A program made the translations under genes and the position numbers. A stretch of DNA of 58,284 bases from Euprymna scolopes (lineage: Eukaryota): assembly GCA_053919585.1 (NCBI GenBank), contig JBSSHM010000318.1. The stretch is one strand, 5' to 3'. Every line of letters starts with the position of its first letter. Within the stretch, counting starts at the first letter, position 1. Positions 19,953-30,301 of this stretch are shown piece after piece. The notes beneath the pieces were generated by a model. It saw only the letters and a list, made by a program, of their open reading frames with translations, did not search any database and was not told the DNA's origin.

Positions 19953-21263
19953 ATGAGATTCATGAAAAATATACTTTATAAAAATGCTATTTCAATAGCT
20001 ATTCTCCTGGGTTATCTTTTTATTGCGACAGGCTGTACAACTATGCCACAAAAAAATGATGTTTCTGCACAAGCAGTTTTAAGCAATTATGCCGATATTG
20101 CTCATGCTGGTTACAGTGATTCGCTCATCACTGCAGAGCGTTTAAATAAAGCAATTGAATCTTTTTTAGATAAGCCTAGTCAAGCTAGCTTAAAGCAGGC
20201 AAAAGAAGCTTGGTTAAAGGCGAGAGTTCCCTATCAACAAACCGAAGTGTATCGCTTTGGTAATGCAATTGTTGATGATTGGGAAGTAAGAGTCAATTCT
20301 TGGCCATTAGATGAGGGGTTAATTGACTATGTTGATGTTAAATACTATGGTGAAGAAAGTGATGATAATAGTTTATATACGGCGAATGTTATTGCTAACT
20401 CTTCATTTATAGTGAATGGAAAGAAAATTGATGCCACACGAATTACTCCTGAATTATTAGCTGATAAATTGCAAGAAGCTGGTGGTATTGAGGCGAATGT
20501 TGCTACGGGTTACCATGCTATTGAGTTTTTATTGTGGGGACAAGATTTAAATGGTAATGAAGCAGGAAAAGGAGTGCGTCCTTATACAGATTATAGTCTT
20601 GAAAATTGTACCAATGGTAATTGTGATAGGCGTCGAGCATATTTACAAGCAGCATCAACTCTTTTGGTGGATGATCTCAAGGAAATGGTTGATAATTGGG
20701 CAAGTCAAGGGAAGGCTCGTCAGGGGCTTATTGAAGGTGATGAAAAAAGTGGTTTGCGTACAATTCTTCAAGGAATGGGTTCATTATCTTATGGTGAGCT
20801 TGCAGGTGAGCGCATGAAATTAGGCTTGCTTCTTGGTGATCCAGAGGAAGAACATGATTGTTTTTCTGATAACACGCATAACTCGTATTATTATGATGCA
20901 TTAGGTATTCAAAATATATACTTAGGAAAATACACTAGGATTGATGGAAAAGTGGTAAGTGGTCCAGCTATCTCAGTGTTAGTCAGCGGAAAAAACGGTG
21001 AGGTGGATAAACAGTTGAAAAAAGATTTAGATGATACGATGCAAGCGATGCAAGAATTAGTTGATAGAGCTGAGAATGTTGAAGCTTATGATCAAATGAT
21101 TGCCTCGGGTAATAGTGTGGGCAATGCTGTGGTAAAAAAAGCTATTGATTCATTACTTAAACAGACAAAATCAATTGAGCGGGCAATTACTGCTCTTGAT
21201 TTAGGGAATGTTGAGATAGAGGGTTCTGATAGCTTAGATAATCCTAATAGTGTTTTTCAGTAA
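19953..21263 (+). CDS. Imelysin-family (IrpA/IcmP-like, peptidase M75) lipoprotein
   Basis: Lipobox IATGC; WPLDEGLIDYV, ATGYHAIEFLLWGQD (GxHxxE), EEEHDCFSDNT. Confidence 0.9.
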   Translation: MRFMKNILYKNAISIAILLGYLFIATGCTTMPQKNDVSAQAVLSNYADIAHAGYSDSLITAERLNKAIESFLDKPSQASLKQAKEAWLKARVPYQQTEVYRFGNAIVDDWEVRVNSWPLDEGLIDYVDVKYYGEESDDNSLYTANVIANSSFIVNGKKIDATRITPELLADKLQEAGGIEANVATGYHAIEFLLWGQDLNGNEAGKGVRPYTDYSLENCTNGNCDRRRAYLQAASTLLVDDLKEMVDNWASQGKARQGLIEGDEKSGLRTILQGMGSLSYGELAGERMKLGLLLGDPEEEHDCFSDNTHNSYYYDALGIQNIYLGKYTRIDGKVVSGPAISVLVSGKNGEVDKQLKKDLDDTMQAMQELVDRAENVEAYDQMIASGNSVGNAVVKKAIDSLLKQTKSIERAITALDLGNVEIEGSDSLDNPNSVFQ

Positions 21264-21272
21264 GAAAAAATT

Positions 21273-22895
21273 ATGTCTATTTTTGTTGTTTCAATGAAAA
21301 AATATTCGCTTATACATGCTAACATAAAAATGTTAGCATGTGCTTTTGTGTTGTTGATTCCTTTAGCAGCAATGACTCAGCAGGTGGATAAAACAGAGTC
21401 TGTTATGCCTTTGCGTAAAGATTTGTCAAAGAAAGATAAGCAAAGAGTATGGAAAATCACTAGACCCACTAACAATTTTTCTCAGGCAGAGAAATTTGAA
21501 CTTATGCAGGGAGGTGCGGGGACTTCCCAGAAAATGATTAATCAAAATTCCTTTTCTAATCCTTCGGCAAATTTAACGTTTGAAGAGCAACAAAATTTTT
21601 TGTTAGGTAATGGAATGTTTAGAAAAATTTGGGTATCTTCTCCATCATCAACTCATGCTTCTGATGGTTTAGGACCAATTTTTAATGCACGTTCTTGTCA
21701 GAGTTGTCATGTGAAAGATGGTCGTGGACGTCCTCCAGAGCCAGATGAACATAGTGTTTCAATGTTTCTTCGTTTAAGCTATGATGCAGATACAAAGTTA
21801 AGTATTGGTCATATAGATATTCGTGATATTCAACAAATAAATAGTTCAGAAACAAAAAAAATTACTAAGTATATACAGCGTAATCATCCAGATCCCACTT
21901 ATGGTGGACAGTTACAAGATTTGGCTGTTCCAGGACTTAAGGCAGAGGGAAAAATGAAGGTTTTATATGAAGAGAAGATGGTTACTTTGGCAGATGGAAC
22001 AACTGTATCTCTTCGATATCCACACTATAGCGTTAAGAAATTGACTTATGGTCCATTGCATAAAAAAACAACCTTATCACCACGAGTGGCTAACCCAATG
22101 ATTGGTTTAGGGTTAGTTGAGGCAATCCATCCAAGTGATATATTGGCACTATCTGATCCGCATGATCAAGATAAAGATGGTATATCAGGAAAGGTTGGTT
22201 TGGCAATAGATGATAAAACAGGAAAGATTGTGCTTGCACGTTTTGGTTGGAAGGCACAAGTTTCTTCCATTAAAAAACAAAGTGCAGGTGCTTTTGCTGG
22301 GGATATTGGTATCTCAACACCAGAAGTTCCAAATTCCTATGGTGATTGTACGAAAAAACAAAAAGAATGTTTTGATTTTCCTACCGGTGTGCAAAAAAAA
22401 TTAGGGAATACGGAAGCACCGGATCCTATTTTGGATTTGGTTACTTTTTATTCTCAAAATTTAGCAGTGCCTGCGCGACGTAATGTGGATGATAAACAAG
22501 TGTTAAATGGAAAAAAATTGTTTTATAAAAATGGTTGTATTGCTTGCCATTCACCCAAATTTGTAACTAGGCGAGATGCGTTAAATAAAGCTCAATCTTT
22601 TCAGTTAATTTGGCCATATTCTGATTTTTTATTGCATGATATGGGAGAAGGATTAGCAGATAACCAGTCGGTTGGTGTTGCCAATGGACGGGAATGGCGT
22701 ACACCACCTTTATGGGGAATAGGGTTAACTAAAACTGTAAGTGATCATACTTTTTTTCTTCATGATGGTCGAGCAAGAAACCTAACTGAAGCTATTTTGT
22801 GGCATGGTGGTGAAGCGAAAGTTGCTAGAGATCGTTTTGCTAAATTAAACAAATCTGATCGAAAGGATTTGATTAAATTTTTAGAGAGTTTATAG
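21273..22895 (+). CDS. Di-haem oxidoreductase (DHOR) family protein
   Basis: Two CxxCH motifs (CQSCH, CIACH); DGLGP, RFGWKA, LLHDMG, WRTPPLWG, LHDGRAR. Confidence 0.9.
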   Translation: MSIFVVSMKKYSLIHANIKMLACAFVLLIPLAAMTQQVDKTESVMPLRKDLSKKDKQRVWKITRPTNNFSQAEKFELMQGGAGTSQKMINQNSFSNPSANLTFEEQQNFLLGNGMFRKIWVSSPSSTHASDGLGPIFNARSCQSCHVKDGRGRPPEPDEHSVSMFLRLSYDADTKLSIGHIDIRDIQQINSSETKKITKYIQRNHPDPTYGGQLQDLAVPGLKAEGKMKVLYEEKMVTLADGTTVSLRYPHYSVKKLTYGPLHKKTTLSPRVANPMIGLGLVEAIHPSDILALSDPHDQDKDGISGKVGLAIDDKTGKIVLARFGWKAQVSSIKKQSAGAFAGDIGISTPEVPNSYGDCTKKQKECFDFPTGVQKKLGNTEAPDPILDLVTFYSQNLAVPARRNVDDKQVLNGKKLFYKNGCIACHSPKFVTRRDALNKAQSFQLIWPYSDFLLHDMGEGLADNQSVGVANGREWRTPPLWGIGLTKTVSDHTFFLHDGRARNLTEAILWHGGEAKVARDRFAKLNKSDRKDLIKFLESL

Positions 22896-22902
22896 TTTAA
22901 AA

Positions 22903-23967
22903 ATGCGTTACTTTCAATTTAGTACTTTTTTTCTGGGCTTGTTTGTTGTTAATGTTTTTGCTGGAAATATTGAGCAAAAAATATTGCAGCATACATTAAA
23001 TGACTATATTCAACCAAACTATCAAAATCTTGTCAAGGCAACAAAGGGTTTTGAGGAAAAAACCAATCAATTATGTCGCCTTGCCAATCATAATAATTTA
23101 CAAGAAAGTCGAGACTATTTTTATCAAGTTGTTGAGGCATGGGGTAGTATTGAATGGTTACGTGTTGGTCCAGTTATATCAAATAATCGCACGGAACGTT
23201 TTTTCTTTTTCCCCGATAGGAAGGGAATTGGGTTGCGTCAAGTTCAGTCTATATTAGCAAAAGAAAATCCTCAGGCTCTTCAATTGTCTTCTTTGCAGAA
23301 GATGAGTGTTGCGGTGCAAGGAATTGGTGCGGCAGAATATTTGTTATTTGGACGTCGTGCCGAATCGCTAGAAAAGAAAAATTCTTTTCGTTGTCGTTAT
23401 ATACAAACTGTTGCTAAAAATCTTAGTCAAATGGCTATGAAAATTCATCAAGAATGGATAGATGATTCTCAGTTAATTGAGAATTTTCTCAAACCAAGTT
23501 TAACTAACCCAAACTATATTTCTAATAAAGAAGCCATGAATTTTTTAGTTGGGACGTTAATACATGGCTTGCAGGCAATTAATGATTCGCGTATCGGGGT
23601 TTTTCTGCGTCAGCCACCAAAAAAAGATCGACCAAAGTCAGCACCGCTATGGCGTTCGCAATCAACTATGCGTTTACTTACATCTAATTTACAAGGATTA
23701 AGAATGCTATTTGCCAAGAGCCAAATTGCAACACTTTTACCACCTGAAAGTGATTTAGAAAATACCATTTATTTTGACTTTGCACAGGTAATTAAGACTT
23801 CTTCATCATTGAATCTACCCATCTCAGCAATACTTAAAGATAGCGATAAACGACAAACTATACAGTATTTACAGCTGAATATAAGTTTTCTTATTGAACT
23901 ATTAAGCGAGCAATTTTCAACAGCTACAGGATTGACAACGGGTTTTTCTTATAATGATGGTGACTAA
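22903..23967 (+). CDS. Second imelysin-like secreted protein
   Basis: Signal peptide; FFPDRKG, SVAVQG...EYLLF, C-terminal GFSYNDGD; lacks the His of GxHxxE. Confidence 0.8.
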   Translation: MRYFQFSTFFLGLFVVNVFAGNIEQKILQHTLNDYIQPNYQNLVKATKGFEEKTNQLCRLANHNNLQESRDYFYQVVEAWGSIEWLRVGPVISNNRTERFFFFPDRKGIGLRQVQSILAKENPQALQLSSLQKMSVAVQGIGAAEYLLFGRRAESLEKKNSFRCRYIQTVAKNLSQMAMKIHQEWIDDSQLIENFLKPSLTNPNYISNKEAMNFLVGTLIHGLQAINDSRIGVFLRQPPKKDRPKSAPLWRSQSTMRLLTSNLQGLRMLFAKSQIATLLPPESDLENTIYFDFAQVIKTSSSLNLPISAILKDSDKRQTIQYLQLNISFLIELLSEQFSTATGLTTGFSYNDGD

Positions 23968-24026
23968 ATGATGGTGACTAAATGATGGTGACTAAATGAT
24001 GGTGACTAAATGATGGTGACTAAATG
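23953..24026 (+). repeat. 14-bp tandem repeat (AATGATGGTGACTA) x5 plus AATG
   Basis: Exact copies starting at 23953, 23967, 23981, 23995 and 24009. Confidence 0.97.
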
Positions 24027-25104
24027 TCATAGTGATTATGAATTGCCAAGGCGACAATTCATAAAGCATCTTGGAGCGACAATATTTCTTGCTTTGGCAC
24101 CAAGACGATTACGTGCCGAATTGGATGTTCAGGAAAATTTATATATTAGTGCTTATAAAAATCAGCATAACCAATTTGGTGTTGCCTTGATTAATGATCA
24201 AGGTATCATTATCAAAAGCTACCGCCTCCCAGAACGTGGTCATGGTTCGGCGATAAGCAGAAAAATAAATAAAGTTGTGACCTTTGCCAGACGCCCAGGA
24301 AATTTTGCTTTAGCTATAGATTTAACAGGGAATCAAAAGCCTATTTTCTTTGAAACCCCATCATACTCACATTTTTACGGACATGGGGTATTTTCAGAGA
24401 ATGGAAAGTTATTATTTGCAACAGAAAACAAGTATGAAGATGGTGAGGGTTTAATTGGTATTTATGATACAGAAAAGCAATTTCAACGAGTTGGTGAATT
24501 TAGCACATATGGGATTGGTCCGCATGAAATAATACTTATGCCAGATAAAAAAACATTGTGTGTTGCTAATGGGGGGATACTCACTCATCCAGATACAGGA
24601 AGAACGAAATTGAACTTGCATACTATGCATTCTTCTATTGTTTTTATCAATTCTCACACTGGTCAGTTACAAGGAAAATATAAAGTTGATGATGCGTTGA
24701 AAAGATTATCTTTACGGCATATGGATGTTGCAGTAAATGGAAGAGTGTGGATAGGAGGACAATACGAAGGAGATGCTCGTGAAAAAGTCCCATTAATCGC
24801 TAGCATTGATCAAACAAATGGTTTATATTTCCATGCGATTCCAGAGCAAGTTTTATCAAAGTTCTCAAATTATGTAGGTTCAGTATCGTGCCATTCACAT
24901 AAAGATGCTATTGCTTTTTCTTCCCCAAAAGGAAATGCATTAATTACCATTAATGGCAAAGGAGAAGTATTGAGTAATGAAAAGATTGAAAGAGTTTGTG
25001 GTGTATCAGAATTTGACAAGAGTTTTATTTATACAAGTATGACAGGGATGTTTGGTCATCATCATTATCAAAACTATTGGGATAATCACCTAAGAAAAGT
25101 TTGA
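24010..25104 (+). CDS. DUF1513-family Tat-exported beta-propeller protein
   Basis: Tat motif RRQFIK; RGHG, FARRPG, HFYGHG.FS, GIGPHE, ANGGI.THPD, WDNHL. Confidence 0.85.
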   Translation: MMVTKCHSDYELPRRQFIKHLGATIFLALAPRRLRAELDVQENLYISAYKNQHNQFGVALINDQGIIIKSYRLPERGHGSAISRKINKVVTFARRPGNFALAIDLTGNQKPIFFETPSYSHFYGHGVFSENGKLLFATENKYEDGEGLIGIYDTEKQFQRVGEFSTYGIGPHEIILMPDKKTLCVANGGILTHPDTGRTKLNLHTMHSSIVFINSHTGQLQGKYKVDDALKRLSLRHMDVAVNGRVWIGGQYEGDAREKVPLIASIDQTNGLYFHAIPEQVLSKFSNYVGSVSCHSHKDAIAFSSPKGNALITINGKGEVLSNEKIERVCGVSEFDKSFIYTSMTGMFGHHHYQNYWDNHLRKV

Positions 25105-25176
25105 CGTATGGGATTTGGATGATTAAATGAGTGTACATTATGGTGTGGGTATATTGATTAATTTAAGAGAAAAAAT

Positions 25177-25539
25177 ATGATAGGAAATACTATATCTCTT
25201 CCGAAAGGGTGTAAGTTACAAAGTGATATTTCAGTAGTTGATATACTGGGTAATGTGATTATTTGGTTTCTTTTATCCGTAGTTACGCTTGGTTTGGCAA
25301 TGTTTGTTTATTTTTACTATCATACTAAGTTTGTCATCAATCATACATTTATTGTCGATCGTGATGGAAAAAAGATTGGCAAACTTAGATGTGAGTTAAA
25401 TTTAGGGCATGCAATTGGTAATGGGGTTATTTGGATGTTATTGACAATCCTTACTTTGGGGATTGCCTTATTCTTTTATTTTTATAAAGTCACCGCTTTT
25501 ATTATCAGTAAAACAGAAATAGAGATGTTTGATGATTAA
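25177..25539 (+). CDS. Small membrane protein with internal two-fold repeat (DUF898/YjgN-related)
   Basis: Repeated GNxxIWxLLxxxTLGxAxFxYFY hairpin. Confidence 0.6.
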   Translation: MIGNTISLPKGCKLQSDISVVDILGNVIIWFLLSVVTLGLAMFVYFYYHTKFVINHTFIVDRDGKKIGKLRCELNLGHAIGNGVIWMLLTILTLGIALFFYFYKVTAFIISKTEIEMFDD

Positions 25540-25638
25540 GGAGTTGATTTCATTAGTATTTTTCTTTATTTTTTACATGTAAAAATGAAGAAAATTAGTA
25601 TGCAGTATGTAAAATTTTGCTAGAAGAGTTCAAAGAAA

Positions 25639-25899
25639 TCAAACTCTAAACGACTTGACTCTCTTTCCCCAATTATATTTATATGTACGGCGTTCACCGG
25701 CAGGGATAGTTTTATTTTCACATGTAAGATAATAAGGTTTTCAGTCAAAACAACCAACACCTACCCAAGTAACATACAAGCTGTATTTAGTTTCATTGTT
25801 AACGGTTATAATTCCACCATCACCACTGCCAGCAAAACTTAAAGATGAAAATAAACTTATTGCTGAAAGAAGCAATAGTTAAAATAATTTTTTTCTCAT
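25639..25899 (-). pseudogene. Decayed small secreted protein with two in-frame stops
   Basis: Own translation: MRKKLF*LLLLSAISLFSSLSFA-GSGDGGIITVNNETKYSLYVTWVGVGCFD*KPYYLTCENKTIPAGERRTYKYNWGKRVKSFRV*. Confidence 0.6.
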
Positions 25900-26194
25900 A
25901 ATATAAAATTCTCTATATATTAAATTGTTATTGTTTCCCTATTCATTTTTTTTGAGATTTAGAGAGCTTCAAAGTCAACAGACAATTGTAAACCATCATT
26001 TTTTGTATTGGATTTTATGGAGACTGCAAAATAAGTAAGATATGCAGGGTAAATTTATTATTTTTCTTATTTAACTTTGCAATTTTTTTTTCGTGCTTTT
26101 ATTTTATTAAAATTATGATACAGCTTAATATTTATATCAATGCTATATTAAGCTGATTAATAAGTACACTTGTATGGAAAAACTCTTGATGTAT

Positions 26195-27550
26195 CTATAA
26201 AATATATTCGCTTAAATCTTGATCATCAGCTAAATGTTGCAGTTCTTCACTGACCATTTTAGCGGTGATGGTTACAGTGGAATTTATATGATCAGGAGCT
26301 TGAAAAGAAATATCTGCCAAAAGCTTTTCTAGGACGGTATGTAGCCGACGAGCACCAATATTTTCGTTTTTTTCATTAACCTGATAAGAAATTTCAGCAA
26401 TTTTTTGAATAGCTGATCGTTGCCACTTTAATACTACTCCATCAGCCTCTAGAAGTGCAGAATATTGTTTGAGTAGTGAGTGTTTGGGTTCAGAAAGAAT
26501 TTTCTCAAAATCTTCAGTAGTCAATGAATTCAATTCCACTCGTATGGGTAGTCTGCCCTGCAATTCTGCAATAAGATCGCTGGGTTTACTTTGATGAAAT
26601 GCGCCACTAGCGATAAAGAGAATATGATCGCTATTAACTGATCCATATTTAGTTTGTACGGTAGTACCTTCAATGAGAGGCAGTAAATCACGTTGTACGC
26701 CTTCTCTTGAAACATCTCCTTTAATTTCACCTCCACGAGTAATTTTATCAATTTCATCTAAGAAGACTATACCACCTTGCTCAACGGATTCAATGGTAAG
26801 TTGGCGAACTTCTTCTTCCTCAACTAAGTTTTGAGCTTGTTGAATTTGCAGTTCTTGTTTAGCCTCCTTTACCGTCATTTTTTTGCGTTTGGGTTGTTGG
26901 TTGTTGATTTGCTTAAACATATCTTGTAGTTGATCGCCAATATCTTCTAGTCCTGGCGGGCCCATGACATGTAAGTTTGCTTTTTGAGGATGTGTTTTGA
27001 TGGTGATTTCTTTGTCATCTAGATCGCCTAGTCTGAGTTGCTGGCGCAGTTTTTCCTTAGTTTTTGTTCGGTTTTCTTGTTTAGTTTTTTCATTTTCATC
27101 TTCATCTGTATGATTTGAAGGAGCTGAAGGTAAGAGAATATTGAGTAGCTCTTCCTCAGCTTTTTTTTCTGCTTCAATTTGTGCTTTAACCATAGCCTTG
27201 TCGTGACATTTTTGATAAGCAGCATGGGTGAGATCACGGATAATGCTTTCTACATCTTTGCCAACATAACCCACTTGGGTAAATTTAGTGGCTTCAACTT
27301 TAATAAATGGTGCATCAATCATTTTGGCAAGACGTCTGGATATTTCAGTTTTGCCCACACCTGTTGGACCAATCATTAAGATATTTTTTGGCATAATTTC
27401 TTGTTGTAGGTCTTGGCGGACTTGCATACGTCGCCAACGATTACGCAAGGCAACTGCCATGGCTTTCTTGGCATTATGTTGTCCAATAATATAACCATCA
27501 AGAATGGAAACAATTTGTTGAGGGGTGAGATCTTGGGCTTGTTGTGCCAT
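26195..27550 (-). CDS. hslU: ATP-dependent protease ATPase subunit HslU
   Basis: ALRNRWRR, MIGPTGVGKTE, DEIDKI, REGVQRDLLP, NIGARRL. Confidence 0.97.
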   Translation of the reverse strand: MAQQAQDLTPQQIVSILDGYIIGQHNAKKAMAVALRNRWRRMQVRQDLQQEIMPKNILMIGPTGVGKTEISRRLAKMIDAPFIKVEATKFTQVGYVGKDVESIIRDLTHAAYQKCHDKAMVKAQIEAEKKAEEELLNILLPSAPSNHTDEDENEKTKQENRTKTKEKLRQQLRLGDLDDKEITIKTHPQKANLHVMGPPGLEDIGDQLQDMFKQINNQQPKRKKMTVKEAKQELQIQQAQNLVEEEEVRQLTIESVEQGGIVFLDEIDKITRGGEIKGDVSREGVQRDLLPLIEGTTVQTKYGSVNSDHILFIASGAFHQSKPSDLIAELQGRLPIRVELNSLTTEDFEKILSEPKHSLLKQYSALLEADGVVLKWQRSAIQKIAEISYQVNEKNENIGARRLHTVLEKLLADISFQAPDHINSTVTITAKMVSEELQHLADDQDLSEYIL

Positions 27551-27635
27551 AGTGAAATAAATCTTTGTTAATGTTAAATAAAAATAGTACTCTTATGCAA
27601 AATATGGGGGTGTGTTTGCGATTTTAAATAATTTG

Positions 27636-28139
27636 TTATCCTTTTTTGAGATTTGCGTTGCCTATGTATCCACCAAATATTTCACACAAGATGCTAATTG
27701 ATTGAAAAGGGTCAGCTAAATCGTACTGTGTAGGAGAGATTTCATATATTTGCGACCCGGCGAAACTTTTTAATTTTGTTAATTTAATGCGTTTTGTATC
27801 ATCAAGAAAATCTTGTTTATCTTGGATATTTGCTCGGTCATTTAGATAAATAAAACAGTTAGTTCCTTTGTAGGATTTGAAATTTTTTTGTAGTTCAAGA
27901 ATATAGTTTCCATTCACTCCAAGATAAATTTTAAAATCTCCTTTAGTCCTGTACAGGAAACTGTCCCATGTTTTGTTTTTACGAAATGTACCGTATGCAA
28001 TGAATTCTTGTATATCAGAATTTCGTACGCTTTCATCAAGAACAGGTGGTGGGAATAGGTGGGGGTATAAAATAAGCATCAAACCTGCACCGCCGATAAA
28101 AATACTGATAGGTAATATAGGAGAGAGGATTTTCTTCAT
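27636..28139 (-). CDS. Membrane-anchored DM13-domain protein
   Basis: N-terminal TM; C-terminal LKSFAGSQIYEI...SISILCEIFGGYIGNANL resembles the DM13 pattern. Confidence 0.6.
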   Translation of the reverse strand: MKKILSPILPISIFIGGAGLMLILYPHLFPPPVLDESVRNSDIQEFIAYGTFRKNKTWDSFLYRTKGDFKIYLGVNGNYILELQKNFKSYKGTNCFIYLNDRANIQDKQDFLDDTKRIKLTKLKSFAGSQIYEISPTQYDLADPFQSISILCEIFGGYIGNANLKKG

Positions 28140-28423
28140 GACTTATAGATAAATATTTTTGATGATCGTAAAGATGAGAATAGGGTATTGAGTTTTTAGA
28201 TAGGAAGATGTCCTATTGACACAATAATTACGTGAGCAATGGAAAGATAACAGGACAGCGAACTATTTTATAACTTATATCTTTATTATACAAATAACTG
28301 TTCAATCAAAGCTCCTATTATTTATGGGGCAAGAGATTTGTCTAATAAAAATATTTGAGTAATTAATGCTAGGTTAATAGAGTGTGATTAGCTTTTGTTA
28401 ATGTAAAAATTTCTTATTAACGA

Positions 28424-28717
28424 TTATGAATCAAGAAGAGTAAATGGATCCATTTGTTGATAGATATCTTGCCAATAAGCCTCACTCTCATTTTCTATCA
28501 GCATTAATGGGTCATCTTTTGATAATTTATTTTCTAGCGTAGGTATAGTACTGGTACTTGGCATCAGTACCCAAAGTATGATGCAGGCAGCAAGTGCCTG
28601 CCAGTAACGACGAAAGCGTTGGTTTTCTAGTTGGGGATATTGTGGTAAATCAGTAATTGCCTGCAGGCGTTGATGAAAATCAGCTGTTGGTTCAGGAGGA
28701 GAGTATAAATTTTTCAT
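28424..28717 (-). CDS. Putative single-TM anti-sigma factor
   Basis: Directly downstream of the ECF sigma; PPEP...F..RL..I, then RRYWQALAACIILWV TM; start taken at MKNLYS. Confidence 0.6.
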   Translation of the reverse strand: MKNLYSPPEPTADFHQRLQAITDLPQYPQLENQRFRRYWQALAACIILWVLMPSTSTIPTLENKLSKDDPLMLIENESEAYWQDIYQQMDPFTLLDS

Positions 28718-28742
28718 GATATGTGTGTAATGGATTGTATGC

Positions 28743-29288
28743 TTACATGAGACTGAGTTGAAGTTTATGACGTGCTCGGTATAAGTGTCCTTCAACTTGA
28801 CGAATACTTAAGTTCAATAAAGTAGCAATCTCTTTTTGAGAATGATGCTCAAAGTAAAATAGTGAGATTACATTGCGTTGTATGATTGAAAGTTGTTTGA
28901 GGCTTTGATAAAGTTGTTTTTTCGATTCTTCACTAATTAAAGCGGTTTGTGTGGGGTTGAAGTCATCATTTATTTCACTGTTATCAATCTCATCAACAGC
29001 TACTGTGTGATTATCTTTGCGTTGTAGATCAATCGCCTGATTTTTAGCAATTTGGAATAACCAAGTTTTAAATGTCGCATGGTTGTTTGCTTTGTAATGG
29101 TGAGGAAATTGCCACAGTTTTTTAAAAACTTCCTGCACAATGTCTTCGGCAACTGCTTGATCTAACACCATATGCCAGCAAAAATTATACAGAGGTTTTT
29201 GGTAACGATTTAGCAACTCTCCAAATGCTTCTTTATCGCCTTTTTGTATAGCAAGCATACACTGATGGTCTTGAAAATTAATAGGCAT
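28743..29288 (-). CDS. ECF RNA polymerase sigma factor
   Basis: GDKEAFGEL, AEDIVQEVF, FKTWLFQIAKN, EIA..L...VEGHLYRAR. Confidence 0.92.
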   Translation of the reverse strand: MPINFQDHQCMLAIQKGDKEAFGELLNRYQKPLYNFCWHMVLDQAVAEDIVQEVFKKLWQFPHHYKANNHATFKTWLFQIAKNQAIDLQRKDNHTVAVDEIDNSEINDDFNPTQTALISEESKKQLYQSLKQLSIIQRNVISLFYFEHHSQKEIATLLNLSIRQVEGHLYRARHKLQLSLM

Positions 29289-29409
29289 TGTTTGGGTATT
29301 AATTCTTAAGTTGATTCGTGCTTTAGATGAAAAGTTAATTATATAACGAGTTCACAAAGAGAGACCAAGTATGTGAACCCGTTACAAGATGGTTCAAGTG
29401 AAAGTCAAT

Positions 29410-29949
29410 TTATTGATGCTTGATAAATTCTTCTTGACTGATTTTGCCATCTCCATCAACATCAATGCGCTTAAACATCTCTTTCTTTTTACCACGAAAA
29501 TATTCTTCTTTACTTAAAAATCCATCTTTATCTTCATCATTTTGAGTGAAATTCTCTTTGCTTTTGGCAATAAGGGTTTCTGTTTTTATTGGGAAAGAAG
29601 TATCTTTGGTGATTCCTAATGCACGTGCTGCCCAACGGTGGCGACGCTTGGGTTTTTCATCTTCGTTAATTTCACCATTTTTATCATCATCCATGCGTTT
29701 AAGGATTTTTTCAGTTAACGCTAATTGCTCTGACAATGAAATTTTATCATCGTCATTTTTATCTAAACGATAAAAACTTTTCATGATAAATTTATCATGT
29801 GATCGAAAATTCTTCTTATGCTTGTCGTAGCGATGTTTGTAATTATCATCATGGTGGTGGTCATCATTCTCATGATCAAACCAGCCAGCATGAACTGAAG
29901 TCGTCAATAAAGCAATAACGAGAATAATAAATATATTTTTGTATTTCAT
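29410..29949 (-). CDS. Secreted EF-hand protein with a His/Asp-rich N-terminus
   Basis: Signal peptide MKYKNIF...VHA; EF loops DKNDDDKISLSE, DDDKNGEINEDE, DEDKDGFLSKEE, DVDGDGKISQEE. Confidence 0.85.
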   Translation of the reverse strand: MKYKNIFIILVIALLTTSVHAGWFDHENDDHHHDDNYKHRYDKHKKNFRSHDKFIMKSFYRLDKNDDDKISLSEQLALTEKILKRMDDDKNGEINEDEKPKRRHRWAARALGITKDTSFPIKTETLIAKSKENFTQNDEDKDGFLSKEEYFRGKKKEMFKRIDVDGDGKISQEEFIKHQ

Positions 29950-30301
29950 GAAACTCTCCAATTTACAATGTTGAATAAAAGAGAAATATAACCCTAAGCA
30001 ATTTCTCAAATGTTTTAACCGCATGGCTTATTAATCAGTATGAACTCGTTTAAATTTATATGATTATTTTGATGGGTTTGTACTTTATACGTTTAGCAAA
30101 AGAAAATCCCATGAATTTTTTAAGTAATTCGTTGGTTTTTTATAAATATAGATGCTTAAGTGTTTGTAATTAATTGTTAAATTTGTGTATACTTTTTTTC
30201 ATTTTAATTAGCAAACTTTAGATAATTTATCCTAGTATTTTTTTCCTGTCAGGGTATTGGTCAATATGTAATCCCCCAGAAAAATACAGCCAATGTTTAG
30301 C

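Noticed and set aside
23953-24026. Possible CRISPR array
   Set aside because: Head-to-tail 14-mers with no spacers and no cas genes
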